Part shown: positions 46,447 through 54,661 of the stretch, one piece after another
Position numbering within the stretch: the first letter of the stretch is position 1
How the letters are laid out: each line of letters opens with the position of its first letter
IMG/VR virus record: IMGVR_UViG_3300021962_000133
Span: 1-54,661 of that record
Origin: a virus
Taxonomy: Duplodnaviria; Caudoviricetes
Strand: one strand, 5' to 3'
Length of the DNA stretch: 54,661 bases
The notes under the pieces: model-generated
The model's input: only the letters and a program-made list of their open reading frames with translations
Told to the model about the DNA's origin: nothing
Database searches by the model: none
Translations under genes and position numbers: made by a program

Positions 46447-47078
46447 TGTCAAAACAAGTACTTATAGAATATTTACCCTTCAAGATTAGTCCTCAATCAT
46501 TGATGGAGGCTAAACTTGGCCCTACAAAAAACTTAGTTGTAGAAGGAGTTGTTCAACGTGCTAACTCTTTAAATGCTAATAAAAGAGTATATCCTGAACC
46601 AGTTTTAAAACGTGAAGTAGAAAAATATATTTCTGGTCCAATAGCTCAAAACAGAGCACTTGGTGAATTAGATCATCCAGATTCATCTATCATCAACTTA
46701 AGAAATGTTTGCCATAATATTAAAAAATTATGGTGGGAGGGTGATGATTTAATGGGTCGTATTGAAATTCTACCCACACCATCAGGTAATATTTTACGTG
46801 ATTTATTTTTAAATAATATTACTGTAGGTATTTCTTCTCGTGGTATGGGTTCAGTAAAATCATTAGGTGAAGGAACAGTAGAAGTACAAGATGATTTTGA
46901 GTTAGTATGTTGGGACTTTGTTAGTACACCATCAACTCAAGGTGCTTATATGGATGTTGTTGGATTAAGTGAATCATACAACCCAAACAATACAAACACT
47001 TACAACAAATATCAAAGAGTTAATCAAATAATTACAGATATTATTTGTTCTCAAACTGGTGTTTGTTGTATAAAATAA
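46446..47078 (+). CDS. gp21: Prohead protease
   Basis: NANKRVYP, LGELDHP, GISSRGMGS, WDFVSTPS. Confidence 0.95.
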   Translation: MSKQVLIEYLPFKISPQSLMEAKLGPTKNLVVEGVVQRANSLNANKRVYPEPVLKREVEKYISGPIAQNRALGELDHPDSSIINLRNVCHNIKKLWWEGDDLMGRIEILPTPSGNILRDLFLNNITVGISSRGMGSVKSLGEGTVEVQDDFELVCWDFVSTPSTQGAYMDVVGLSESYNPNNTNTYNKYQRVNQIITDIICSQTGVCCIK

Positions 47079-47229
47079 AGTTTCTTTTTAAAGGACGCGT
47101 TTTTATATTTCCTTATATATTTATATCTGTCCTTTATACGTGATCTCTAATATCACGTGACTGATTTGTAAAATCCGCTATATTACTTTTTTAATAAGTA
47201 ATTGAAAACCAAAAAATTTTAAAAATTAA

Positions 47230-48324
47230 ATGAAAAACAAAGAATTATTTGAACAGGCTATTGCCGATGCTAAAGCTGTACGTGATACTGCTGTAGCGAA
47301 CGCCAAACTTGCTCTTGAAGAAACTTTAGCCCCACGTATCATGTCTATGATTCAAACTAAACTTTCAGAAATGGAAGAAGAAGTTGAAGAATCAGAAGAA
47401 ATGATGAAAGATGAAGCTTACGAAAAAGAGGAAGAAGGTAAAATGATGAAAACTGATGAAGTTGAAGAAACTGATGAAGCTTATGAAGAATTTGCTGAAG
47501 CTGATGAAGATGATTACGGCCTTGACAACAACATGGAAGAAGGTGACATCACAGAAGCTGATTTAGAAGAAATCTTAGCTGAATTAGAAGCTGAAGCTTT
47601 AGAAGAAAAAAGAAAAGCCAAGAAACCATCTGAAGAAAAAGAAAAAGAAGAAGAAGATGAGATGAATGAAGGCATGGGAGCTTATGAGTATGAAGAAGGT
47701 AAAGAAGAAGGTGAAAAAGAAGCTGAAATGGAAGAAATGAAAAAATCTTCTGACAAAATTTCAGTTGATGAACTCCGTAATATTATCCGTGATGTATTCA
47801 TGAGTGAAATGGACAAAACTGATGAAGCTGAAGAAGAAAAAGGTGAAATGGAAGAAGATTTCAATCTTGAAGAAATTTTAGCTGAATTAGATGAAGCCGA
47901 AAAAGAAGAAGAAGGAAAAATGGAAGAAGCTAAAAAAGCTAAAAAAGATGATGAAGAAAAAGAAGAGATGAAAAAGGAATTAAAAGAAGCTATCAAAACT
48001 ATCAATATCCTTAAGTCTGAACTTAACGAAGTTAATCTTTTGAATGCTAAACTTCTTTACATGAACAAAATCTTTAAATCTAAGAACTTAAGCGAAGGTC
48101 AAAAGTTAAAAGTTATCAATGCCCTTGATAGAGCTGCTAACTTGAACGAAGCTAAGAATATTTATGAAACATTAAAAGATGCTTTAGTTGAAACTAAAAA
48201 ATCAACTATTAAAGAATCTGTAGGTTTTGCCTCAAAACCAATGGGTGTTGCTCCTGCCAAGACCATTGTTAATGAGGACGTGCAAGTGACACGTATGAAA
48301 AAATTAGCAGGTATTATTAAATAA
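47230..48324 (+). CDS. gp22: Prohead scaffolding protein
   Basis: Very E-rich coiled coil between protease and capsid; ends RMKKLAGIIK. Confidence 0.85.
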   Translation: MKNKELFEQAIADAKAVRDTAVANAKLALEETLAPRIMSMIQTKLSEMEEEVEESEEMMKDEAYEKEEEGKMMKTDEVEETDEAYEEFAEADEDDYGLDNNMEEGDITEADLEEILAELEAEALEEKRKAKKPSEEKEKEEEDEMNEGMGAYEYEEGKEEGEKEAEMEEMKKSSDKISVDELRNIIRDVFMSEMDKTDEAEEEKGEMEEDFNLEEILAELDEAEKEEEGKMEEAKKAKKDDEEKEEMKKELKEAIKTINILKSELNEVNLLNAKLLYMNKIFKSKNLSEGQKLKVINALDRAANLNEAKNIYETLKDALVETKKSTIKESVGFASKPMGVAPAKTIVNEDVQVTRMKKLAGIIK

Positions 48325-48348
48325 CATAAAAAACAAAATTAAATAAAA

Positions 48349-50028
48349 ATGAGCACAATTAACTCTCTTTTAGAATCCACTACTGGTTGGCAGTCAGCTC
48401 AAACTGATGCTGTCCGCTTAGCCTCTAGGTGGGAAAAATCAGGTCTTTTAGAAGGACTTGAAGACACAAACCGCAATACAATGGCGGTATTATTAGAAAA
48501 CCAAGCTAAGCAATTAGTAGTTGAAGCTAACACTACAGCTGGTACTTCTGACTTCACAAACGGTACTGGTGCCCAATGGGCTGGTATCGCCTTACCAATG
48601 GTTCGTAAGGTATTTGGTCAGATTGCTGCTAAAGAATTTGTTAGTGTTCAGCCAATGTCATTGCCAGCTGGTTTAGTATTCTTCTTAGATTACCAATATG
48701 GTACTAACAAAAAAGCTCCAGGAGCTGGTTTGTCAGACGGTGATAGCTTGTATGGTACTCCAACAGCTAACTTTGGTAACGCTGCTTCTGGTGGTTTGTA
48801 TGGTGCTGGCCGTTTTGGTTATTCTATTAACCAATTCAGTTCTTCATTAGTAGGAGCTACTATTACTTCAGCTTCTTATGCTGATGTTGATTTTGATACT
48901 AATTTTACAGCTTCTATTGTTGGTGGTGTTGATTCAGCTCTCTTAACTGTTAAGAAATTTACTTTTGCCACTTCATCATTAACTTTTGGTGGTGTTGTAA
49001 ACTTTGATGTTAATGGTATTTCGGCTTTCGCTATTGAATCTGGTTCAGGTGCTACTGTAACTCCAAGCCAAGTATTAGGTCAATTTACTAAAATTAACGG
49101 TGGTAATATTGAATTCTTTGTAACTGCTTCTAGCACAGGTATTGCTCCTAACGCTGATGGTACTTACAAAATTTACTACAATAGACAAGATACTATCCGT
49201 AACCGTGGTGATTTTGAAGATCAGAACCCATTTGCTTTACAAGCTAACGCTAATGATTCTGTAACAATTCCAATTCCACAAATTAACATCCAGTTAAGAA
49301 ATGAAACTATCTCAGCTAAGACTCGTAAGTTAAAAGCTCAGTGGACACCTGAATTCGCTCAAGATTTGAACGCTTATCAGAATGTTGACGCTGAAGCTGA
49401 ATTAACTTCTATTTTAAGCGAGTACATTTCTATGGAAATTGATCTTGAAATCTTAGGTATGTTGATTGAAAATGCCGCTACAACTGACTTCTGGTCAGCT
49501 AAAGTTGGTAACCAAATCAATGCTACTCAAACTGGATTCAATTCTAACACAGCTGGTGTTTATTACACTCAAATGTCTTGGTTCCAAACAATTGGTATTA
49601 AGTTGCAGAAACTTTCTAACATTATTCACCAGAGAACCTTACGTGGTGGTGCTAACTTCTTAGTATGTTCTCCAGCTGTAGGTACTGTATTAGAATCAAT
49701 CCCAGGATTTGCTGCTGATTCAGCTGCTGATGCTGATGCTATGAAGTATGCGTTTGGTGTTCAGAAAATTGGTTCATTGAACAGCCGCTATAAAGTTTAC
49801 AAAAACCCATACATGACACAAAACGTGATCTTGTTAGGTTTCCGTGGAACTCAGTTCTTGGAAGCTGGTGCTGTCTATGCTCCATACATTCCATTGATCA
49901 TGACTCCATTAGTGTACGATCCTGATACCTTCACTCCAAACAAAGGTATTATGACTCGTTATGCTAAGAAGATGATTCGTCCTGAATTCTATGCTAACTT
50001 GTTTGTTTCTGATTTAAACATTGTCTAA
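48349..50028 (+). CDS. gp23: Major capsid protein
   Basis: LLENQ, VSVQPMSLPAGLVF, AKTRKLKAQWTPEFAQDL, YAPYIPL, GIMTRY. Confidence 0.97.
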   Translation: MSTINSLLESTTGWQSAQTDAVRLASRWEKSGLLEGLEDTNRNTMAVLLENQAKQLVVEANTTAGTSDFTNGTGAQWAGIALPMVRKVFGQIAAKEFVSVQPMSLPAGLVFFLDYQYGTNKKAPGAGLSDGDSLYGTPTANFGNAASGGLYGAGRFGYSINQFSSSLVGATITSASYADVDFDTNFTASIVGGVDSALLTVKKFTFATSSLTFGGVVNFDVNGISAFAIESGSGATVTPSQVLGQFTKINGGNIEFFVTASSTGIAPNADGTYKIYYNRQDTIRNRGDFEDQNPFALQANANDSVTIPIPQINIQLRNETISAKTRKLKAQWTPEFAQDLNAYQNVDAEAELTSILSEYISMEIDLEILGMLIENAATTDFWSAKVGNQINATQTGFNSNTAGVYYTQMSWFQTIGIKLQKLSNIIHQRTLRGGANFLVCSPAVGTVLESIPGFAADSAADADAMKYAFGVQKIGSLNSRYKVYKNPYMTQNVILLGFRGTQFLEAGAVYAPYIPLIMTPLVYDPDTFTPNKGIMTRYAKKMIRPEFYANLFVSDLNIV

Positions 50029-50055
50029 TCAGAGACTAGCATAATTCCTTAAAAG

Positions 50056-50086
50056 AGCCCAAGCGCAAGCTTGGGCTTCTTTTTTT
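50056..50086 (+). terminator. Intrinsic terminator after the capsid gene
   Basis: AGCCCAAGC-GCAA-GCTTGGGCT plus T run. Confidence 0.9.
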
Positions 50087-50110
50087 ATATTTATAATAGA
50101 ATATACCGTT

Positions 50111-50785
50111 ATGGAAGATGTTTTTAAAGAAAAGCGTAGGCCTAAAAATCCAATTCGCTTCCAAATTAGTTTAAATGAAGAACAAAAGACAGCAAAATCT
50201 TTAATTTTAAGTAATACTATTACTGTTATAACAGGACTAGCTGGTTCAGGTAAAACTTTAGCTGCTTGCCAAGCAGGTTTAGATTTATTATTTAACAGAG
50301 AAGTAGAAAAAATTATTGTGGCTAGACCTGTAGTAACAGCTAAAGAAGAAATAGGATTTCTTCCAGGTGGATTAAAAGACAAATTAGATCCTTTTATAGC
50401 TCCTATATATGATAATATGTATAGATTATATAATAAGGAAAAAATTGACAAAGAATTTGCTGACGGAAGAATTGAAATTATACCTTTTGCTTTTATGAGA
50501 GGTAGAAATTTCTCAAATTCATTTATTATTCTTGATGAAGCACAGAACATTACAGATACCCAAATGGAATTAGCAATAACACGTTTATGTGAGGGATCAA
50601 AAATGGCTATTGTTGGTGATACAGGTCAAATAGACTTAAGAGATAAAAAAGACAGTGGTTTATTTTTTTTAACAAAAGCTATAGCACATTCTATTAATGG
50701 TGTATCATATGTTCATTTAAAAACTAATCATAGACATCCAATTGTTGAACCAATATTAGAAATATATAAACAACTTAGAAACTAG
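50111..50785 (+). CDS. phoH: PhoH-family ATPase
   Basis: GLAGSGKT, IGFLPG, FMRGRNF, ILDEAQN, GDTGQID, HRHP. Confidence 0.95.
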   Translation: MEDVFKEKRRPKNPIRFQISLNEEQKTAKSLILSNTITVITGLAGSGKTLAACQAGLDLLFNREVEKIIVARPVVTAKEEIGFLPGGLKDKLDPFIAPIYDNMYRLYNKEKIDKEFADGRIEIIPFAFMRGRNFSNSFIILDEAQNITDTQMELAITRLCEGSKMAIVGDTGQIDLRDKKDSGLFFLTKAIAHSINGVSYVHLKTNHRHPIVEPILEIYKQLRN

Positions 50786-50805
50786 CCATATTTATACAAA
50801 ATAGT

Positions 50806-52332
50806 ATGGCTACTTCAGGAACTTATACATACGCAGTCTCAACAGCTGATTTATCCCCAGTACCAGGTAATACACCTTTTGGTTATTATGACCAAGATCC
50901 TTCATTTCAAAATGATGCTCAAAGAGCATGTTTTTTTGTAACTCGTCGTTTAGGATTTGGTACAGTTGATGTTGAATTATGCGATTTTCAAATATATGCT
51001 GCTTATGAAGAAGCAGTAACAACTTATGGTAATGAAGTTTACCAATATAAAATTCAATCAAATTATTTATCTTTAGAAGGATCTCCAACAGATACTTTTT
51101 TATGTGAATATAATATAACTTATTTTACAGCTTCTGTTAATTTCTCCTCAGCTTCTGTAGCTACTTGGTCAGAAGTTGACAGTGATGGTGCTTTATCTCA
51201 ATCTATAGCTGATGGACTAATATATAAAATATCAGGTAGTTATTTACCTTCAATGTCTATGGCTGATCCATTAATGGCTTATGCTTTTTCTATTCAAAAT
51301 TGTGGAAAAGTATTAAATCAATATACATATATTAGTGGATCTTTAATAAATTTCTTTATAACAGACACAACACTTGGTGGTAAAAATCAAACTGTAAATT
51401 ATATTAAGTTCAAATCGGCATATAATTTAACAAATAAACTAATTAAACCTGGTTTAGTTACAGGACTTATTAAAGTTGCCGACTCATATGGCCAACAAAG
51501 TAATATGGGCGCTATCCCGATTTATCGAGGAAAACTTGATTTAGAACATAATAAACAAGTATATGATATGAACGCTTGGGCTCAAGCTAGTGCTAGTATT
51601 AGTCCAAATGATGGTATTGAGATTACTCGTGTATTTTATGACGCTCCACCTCCAATTACACAATATTATGATCCTTATTTAGGATTAGGAGGTGTACCTG
51701 GTTACGCTGATAGTATTGGATTAAATGCTTCTTACCCAGGTTCTAACTTTATGATGTGGCCAATTTATTTTGATATTGAACGTATTCAACAAATTGAAAT
51801 GTCACGTGAAGTAAGAACTAATGGTTATTCTTTTAATATAGTTGATAATCAATTAACAATATTCCCAATTCCTTATGATGAAGGTAATGGTGGAGCTGGT
51901 ACATTAAGATTTGAGTATAGAAAACTTTCTGATGTATTTAGAGTTACTGCTGGAAAACCTTCAGGATCAATTACAGAACCACCAGTAGTTACAGACATGA
52001 TGAGAGTACCATATTCTAATCCTGTATATTCTAATATTAATTCTGTAGGTAGAAGTTGGGTTATGCGTTATACTTTAGCTTTATGTAAAGAAACATTAGG
52101 ATATATTAGAGGAAAATACCCATCTGCTACATTACCAGGTGTTGGAGCTATGTCTTCTGGTGACTTAATATCAGACGCAAAAACAGAAAAAACTGACTTA
52201 TTAACTCAACTAAGAGAAATACTAGATTCAGTATCTACTCAGAAACAACTTGAAAGAAAAGCATTAGAAGCTCAATCTGAACAAGATGCTTTAAATAAAA
52301 TTCCATTTATATCACCAATTTATATAATGTAA
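50806..52332 (+). CDS. gp13: Neck protein gp13-like (head-tail adaptor)
   Basis: RRLG...VDVEL..Q; WVMRYTLALCKETLGYIRGKY. Confidence 0.8.
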   Translation: MATSGTYTYAVSTADLSPVPGNTPFGYYDQDPSFQNDAQRACFFVTRRLGFGTVDVELCDFQIYAAYEEAVTTYGNEVYQYKIQSNYLSLEGSPTDTFLCEYNITYFTASVNFSSASVATWSEVDSDGALSQSIADGLIYKISGSYLPSMSMADPLMAYAFSIQNCGKVLNQYTYISGSLINFFITDTTLGGKNQTVNYIKFKSAYNLTNKLIKPGLVTGLIKVADSYGQQSNMGAIPIYRGKLDLEHNKQVYDMNAWAQASASISPNDGIEITRVFYDAPPPITQYYDPYLGLGGVPGYADSIGLNASYPGSNFMMWPIYFDIERIQQIEMSREVRTNGYSFNIVDNQLTIFPIPYDEGNGGAGTLRFEYRKLSDVFRVTAGKPSGSITEPPVVTDMMRVPYSNPVYSNINSVGRSWVMRYTLALCKETLGYIRGKYPSATLPGVGAMSSGDLISDAKTEKTDLLTQLREILDSVSTQKQLERKALEAQSEQDALNKIPFISPIYIM

Positions 52333-52335
52333 AAT

Positions 52336-52941
52336 ATGCCAGGTGTATTTTTTAGACCTCCAGGACAAGATGTAACAACTCCAGGTGATTATCAAGCGTC
52401 AGCTACTAATCCTGATGGTTTAGCTCGTCCTACTCCATTTGCACCTGGTGATGATGTTAATCTCCAAATATCTTCTATAACAGAAGGATATAAAAGATTA
52501 CAATCTATTCAGGTAGCTTATTATAAAATGATACCTGCTCAATCTAAAACAAACATATATGGTGAATCTTTAGTTAAATATTACTATGAACCAGTTATGG
52601 TTAAATGTTATCTTGAAAGAGGTGATGAAACTTATGTAATTGAAGAATATGGTCCTGATAATAGTCAACAAATTAAATTTTTCTTTGTTCATGTTATGTT
52701 AGAACAAATTGGTTTATTACCTCAAGTTGGAGATATAGTTTTAGATAGAGAAAGATATTATGAAATTCATAATGTTAATGAAAATTTAATTGATTTTGGA
52801 AATGATAATGATTATTTAATGAATGCTAATAATTTTGATGAAGCTCCTTTATTTAAACGTGGACAAAGTATAGTATTTGAATTAGATGGTCATATGAGTA
52901 GAGTTACAAAATTAAATTTATTACCATATAAATTACAATAA
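52336..52941 (+). CDS. gp14: Neck protein gp14-like (head closure)
   Basis: NIYGE...KYY, PQVGDIV...YYEIHNV; position after gp13. Confidence 0.7.
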   Translation: MPGVFFRPPGQDVTTPGDYQASATNPDGLARPTPFAPGDDVNLQISSITEGYKRLQSIQVAYYKMIPAQSKTNIYGESLVKYYYEPVMVKCYLERGDETYVIEEYGPDNSQQIKFFFVHVMLEQIGLLPQVGDIVLDRERYYEIHNVNENLIDFGNDNDYLMNANNFDEAPLFKRGQSIVFELDGHMSRVTKLNLLPYKLQ

Positions 52942-54164
52942 TGGCTCAATATAGAAAACCCGTACCAAAAACACCCCAACAGGCATTACATGAGACAATA
53001 GTCTCATATGATCCTACTTATGGTAAACAGCCATTAGAAGTACCTAATAGAGGTTATAACACATCAACAAAAGGAGATTCAACTAAAGACTTTTCAGTTG
53101 GATTAATGGACATTGATTCAGCTGTTATAAATTATATTAATGATTATATTAGACCAACAGTTACTCAAGATGGTGAACAAGTAGCAGTACCAACAATATA
53201 TGCTTATCCAGAACGATGGGTAGCTATTCAAAAAGAAGGTTTTTTAAGAGATGCTAATAGCAGAATTTTAACACCATTAATTGTTTTAAAACGAGATAAT
53301 ATTGAAAGAAATAGAAGTTTAAGTTGGAAATTAGATGGTAATAAAGCTCAAAATGTACATATATTTGATGTTCCTTATACTAAAAAGAACTCATATGATA
53401 ATTTTGATATTTTAACTAATAGAATCCCTGTTAGAGAAAAAAGAGTAGTAGTTGTTCCTGATTATGTTACAATAACTTATTCTTGTATAATTTATACTAA
53501 CTATATTGAACAAATAAATAAAGTAATTGAAGCTATTCAATACGCTTCAAATGCTTATTGGGGAGATAAAAACAGATTTCAATTTAGAGCTATAGTTGAT
53601 TCATTTTCAACAGTAACTGAATATACAAGTGATAATGATAGAACTTCTAGTGCTAAATTTAATATTACTTTAAATGGATATATAATACCTGATAGTATAA
53701 ATAAAAATTTATCTACAGATCTTAAATATTTTACTAAAGCTCAAATAGTTATAGAGGACTATGTTGTTGATAATTTACTAGATGCTTCTACTCCTAATAG
53801 AAGACAAAGAGTAATCCAATCTCAACTAATACCAACCCCAGTTATAAGTGATCAAATTGACCCAGCCGTGTTAAACTATTTAAATACAAATAAAACAATA
53901 TTAGGTACAGTAACATCAGTTAATACCTTTTTTGTAGTAGGAGTTATATTAGCAGCTCCTTCTCCATTAGTAACCACATCACCAGATAATTTTTTGGTGA
54001 CTGTTAATTCAACAATTGTTCCTAGAACATCTGTAATTAGTATAACACAATCTGGTCCAACACAAGTAGATGTTGTTTTAAACATTAACCCAGCATCTCC
54101 ATATTATATAGGTTACGAATTACAATCTTCTGATATAGTAACAATAACAGGTAAATTTGAATAA
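52941..54164 (+). CDS. gp15: Tail terminator/sheath stabiliser gp15-like with C-terminal beta extension
   Basis: VPTIYAYPERW, P...ITY, QINKVIE, FNITLNGYI. Confidence 0.7.
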   Translation: MAQYRKPVPKTPQQALHETIVSYDPTYGKQPLEVPNRGYNTSTKGDSTKDFSVGLMDIDSAVINYINDYIRPTVTQDGEQVAVPTIYAYPERWVAIQKEGFLRDANSRILTPLIVLKRDNIERNRSLSWKLDGNKAQNVHIFDVPYTKKNSYDNFDILTNRIPVREKRVVVVPDYVTITYSCIIYTNYIEQINKVIEAIQYASNAYWGDKNRFQFRAIVDSFSTVTEYTSDNDRTSSAKFNITLNGYIIPDSINKNLSTDLKYFTKAQIVIEDYVVDNLLDASTPNRRQRVIQSQLIPTPVISDQIDPAVLNYLNTNKTILGTVTSVNTFFVVGVILAAPSPLVTTSPDNFLVTVNSTIVPRTSVISITQSGPTQVDVVLNINPASPYYIGYELQSSDIVTITGKFE

Positions 54165-54166
54165 TA

Positions 54167-54661
54167 ATGGGTGGACAAATAAAAGGTAAACAGTTAGTAA
54201 CAGATTTACACTTATCTGGGTCATTAACAATGACTGGAAGTATAGTAATTTCAGGTTCAAATCCTTTAACTATAGTAGGTTTACAAAATAATCCAAGTCC
54301 TAATTATAATTTAACTTATAATAACGTAACAGGAATTGTTTCTTATGGAGTAGCTTCATCAGGAATATCAGGTTCAAGTGGTTCATCAGGATCATCAGGC
54401 AGCTCTGGATCTTCAGGTAGTTCAGGATCAAGTGGAAGTTCAGGGTCATCTGGCTCAAGTGGTTCTTCTGGTTCAAGCGGCTCAAGTGGTTCTTCTGGCT
54501 CAAGTGGTTCTTCTGGTTCTTCTGGATCAAGTGGTTCAAGCGGCTCAAGTGGTTCTTCTGGTTCTTCTGGATCAAGTGGTTCTTCTGGTTCTTCTGGTTC
54601 TTCTGGTTCTTCTGGTTCTTCTGGTTCTTCTGGTTCTTCTGGTTCTTCTGGTTCTTCTGGT
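54167..54661 (+). CDS. Truncated fibre-like protein with (Gly-Ser-Ser)n repeat
   Basis: MGGQIKGKQL... stays open to the window end; G-S-S triplets from ~54356. Confidence 0.8.
   Translation, partial: MGGQIKGKQLVTDLHLSGSLTMTGSIVISGSNPLTIVGLQNNPSPNYNLTYNNVTGIVSYGVASSGISGSSGSSGSSGSSGSSGSSGSSGSSGSSGSSGSSGSSGSSGSSGSSGSSGSSGSSGSSGSSGSSGSSGSSGSSGSSGSSGSSGSSGSSGSSGSSGSSG
54356..54661 (+). repeat. 9-bp-period coding repeat, perfect (GGTTCTTCT)n from 54578
   Basis: Directly visible in the sequence. Confidence 0.95.

Larger units (their letters stand above)
5107..50796 (+). promoter_or_regulatory. Dispersed late-promoter-like motif ATATTTAT(A)
   Basis: Copies at 5107, 7481 (GTATTTATA), 11369, 14083, 20897, 25785, 26560, 27328, 30292, 38165, 41416, 44906, 47117, 50087, 50788, nearly all just upstream of start codons. 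Confidence 0.8.

Noticed and set aside
390-50550. Antisense and alternate-frame ORFs in the track (e.g. 390..677, 4477..4707, 6277..6468, 24259..24531, 25538..25780, 38278..38952, 39367..39834, 47682..48005, 49466..49663, 50029..50550)
   Set aside because: They are shadows of well-supported genes, with F/S/L-biased composition and no promoter or motif support.
54300-54575. Minus-strand repeat protein (QKNHLS...)
   Set aside because: It is the antisense reading of the GSS repeat.
1-54661. Alternative genetic code, tRNA/rRNA genes, integrase/transposase, inteins
   Set aside because: Core genes are full-length in the standard code. No cloverleaf, recombinase or intein motifs were seen by eye; tRNAscan-SE was not run.

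Overview
AT-rich 54.7-kb segment of a large T4-like (myovirus-type) dsDNA phage genome, read in the standard bacterial code. The host is probably in Bacteroidota (inferred from TTG-N20-TAnnTT promoters, absence of Shine-Dalgarno sequences and D-S/T-hydrophobic sequons in exported proteins). Layout from left to right: an early region of one-promoter-per-gene cassettes (1-2460); a short minus-strand block including an exported SGNH hydrolase (2700-4800); glutaredoxin, HD hydrolase and a gp55-like late sigma factor; a baseplate/tail module (split gp5-like spike with an M23 peptidase, gp25, gp6, large baseplate proteins); GIY-YIG nuclease, primase and PD-(D/E)XK exonuclease; a ~10-kb late cluster (25.8-35.9 kb) of unrelated enzymes and small modules; FAD oxidoreductase and a kinase; terminase, portal, prohead protease, scaffold, major capsid, PhoH and neck gp13/14/15; and a truncated Gly-Ser-Ser repeat protein at the window edge. 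The most notable signal is an apparent capsid-cargo addressing system. About ten otherwise unrelated ORFs share an N-terminal M-(I)-K-L-x-x-(L/I)-L-x-E leader, one ORF carries the scaffold's C-terminal RMKKLAGI motif at its N-terminus, and L-x-E sites separate the domains. Other highlights are an ATATTTATA late-promoter motif, an 87-bp duplication bracketing an inserted gene cassette, a capsid insertion domain copied into the neck protein, and a pseudoknot overlapping a terminator. All functional calls come from motif recognition by eye; no searches were run.
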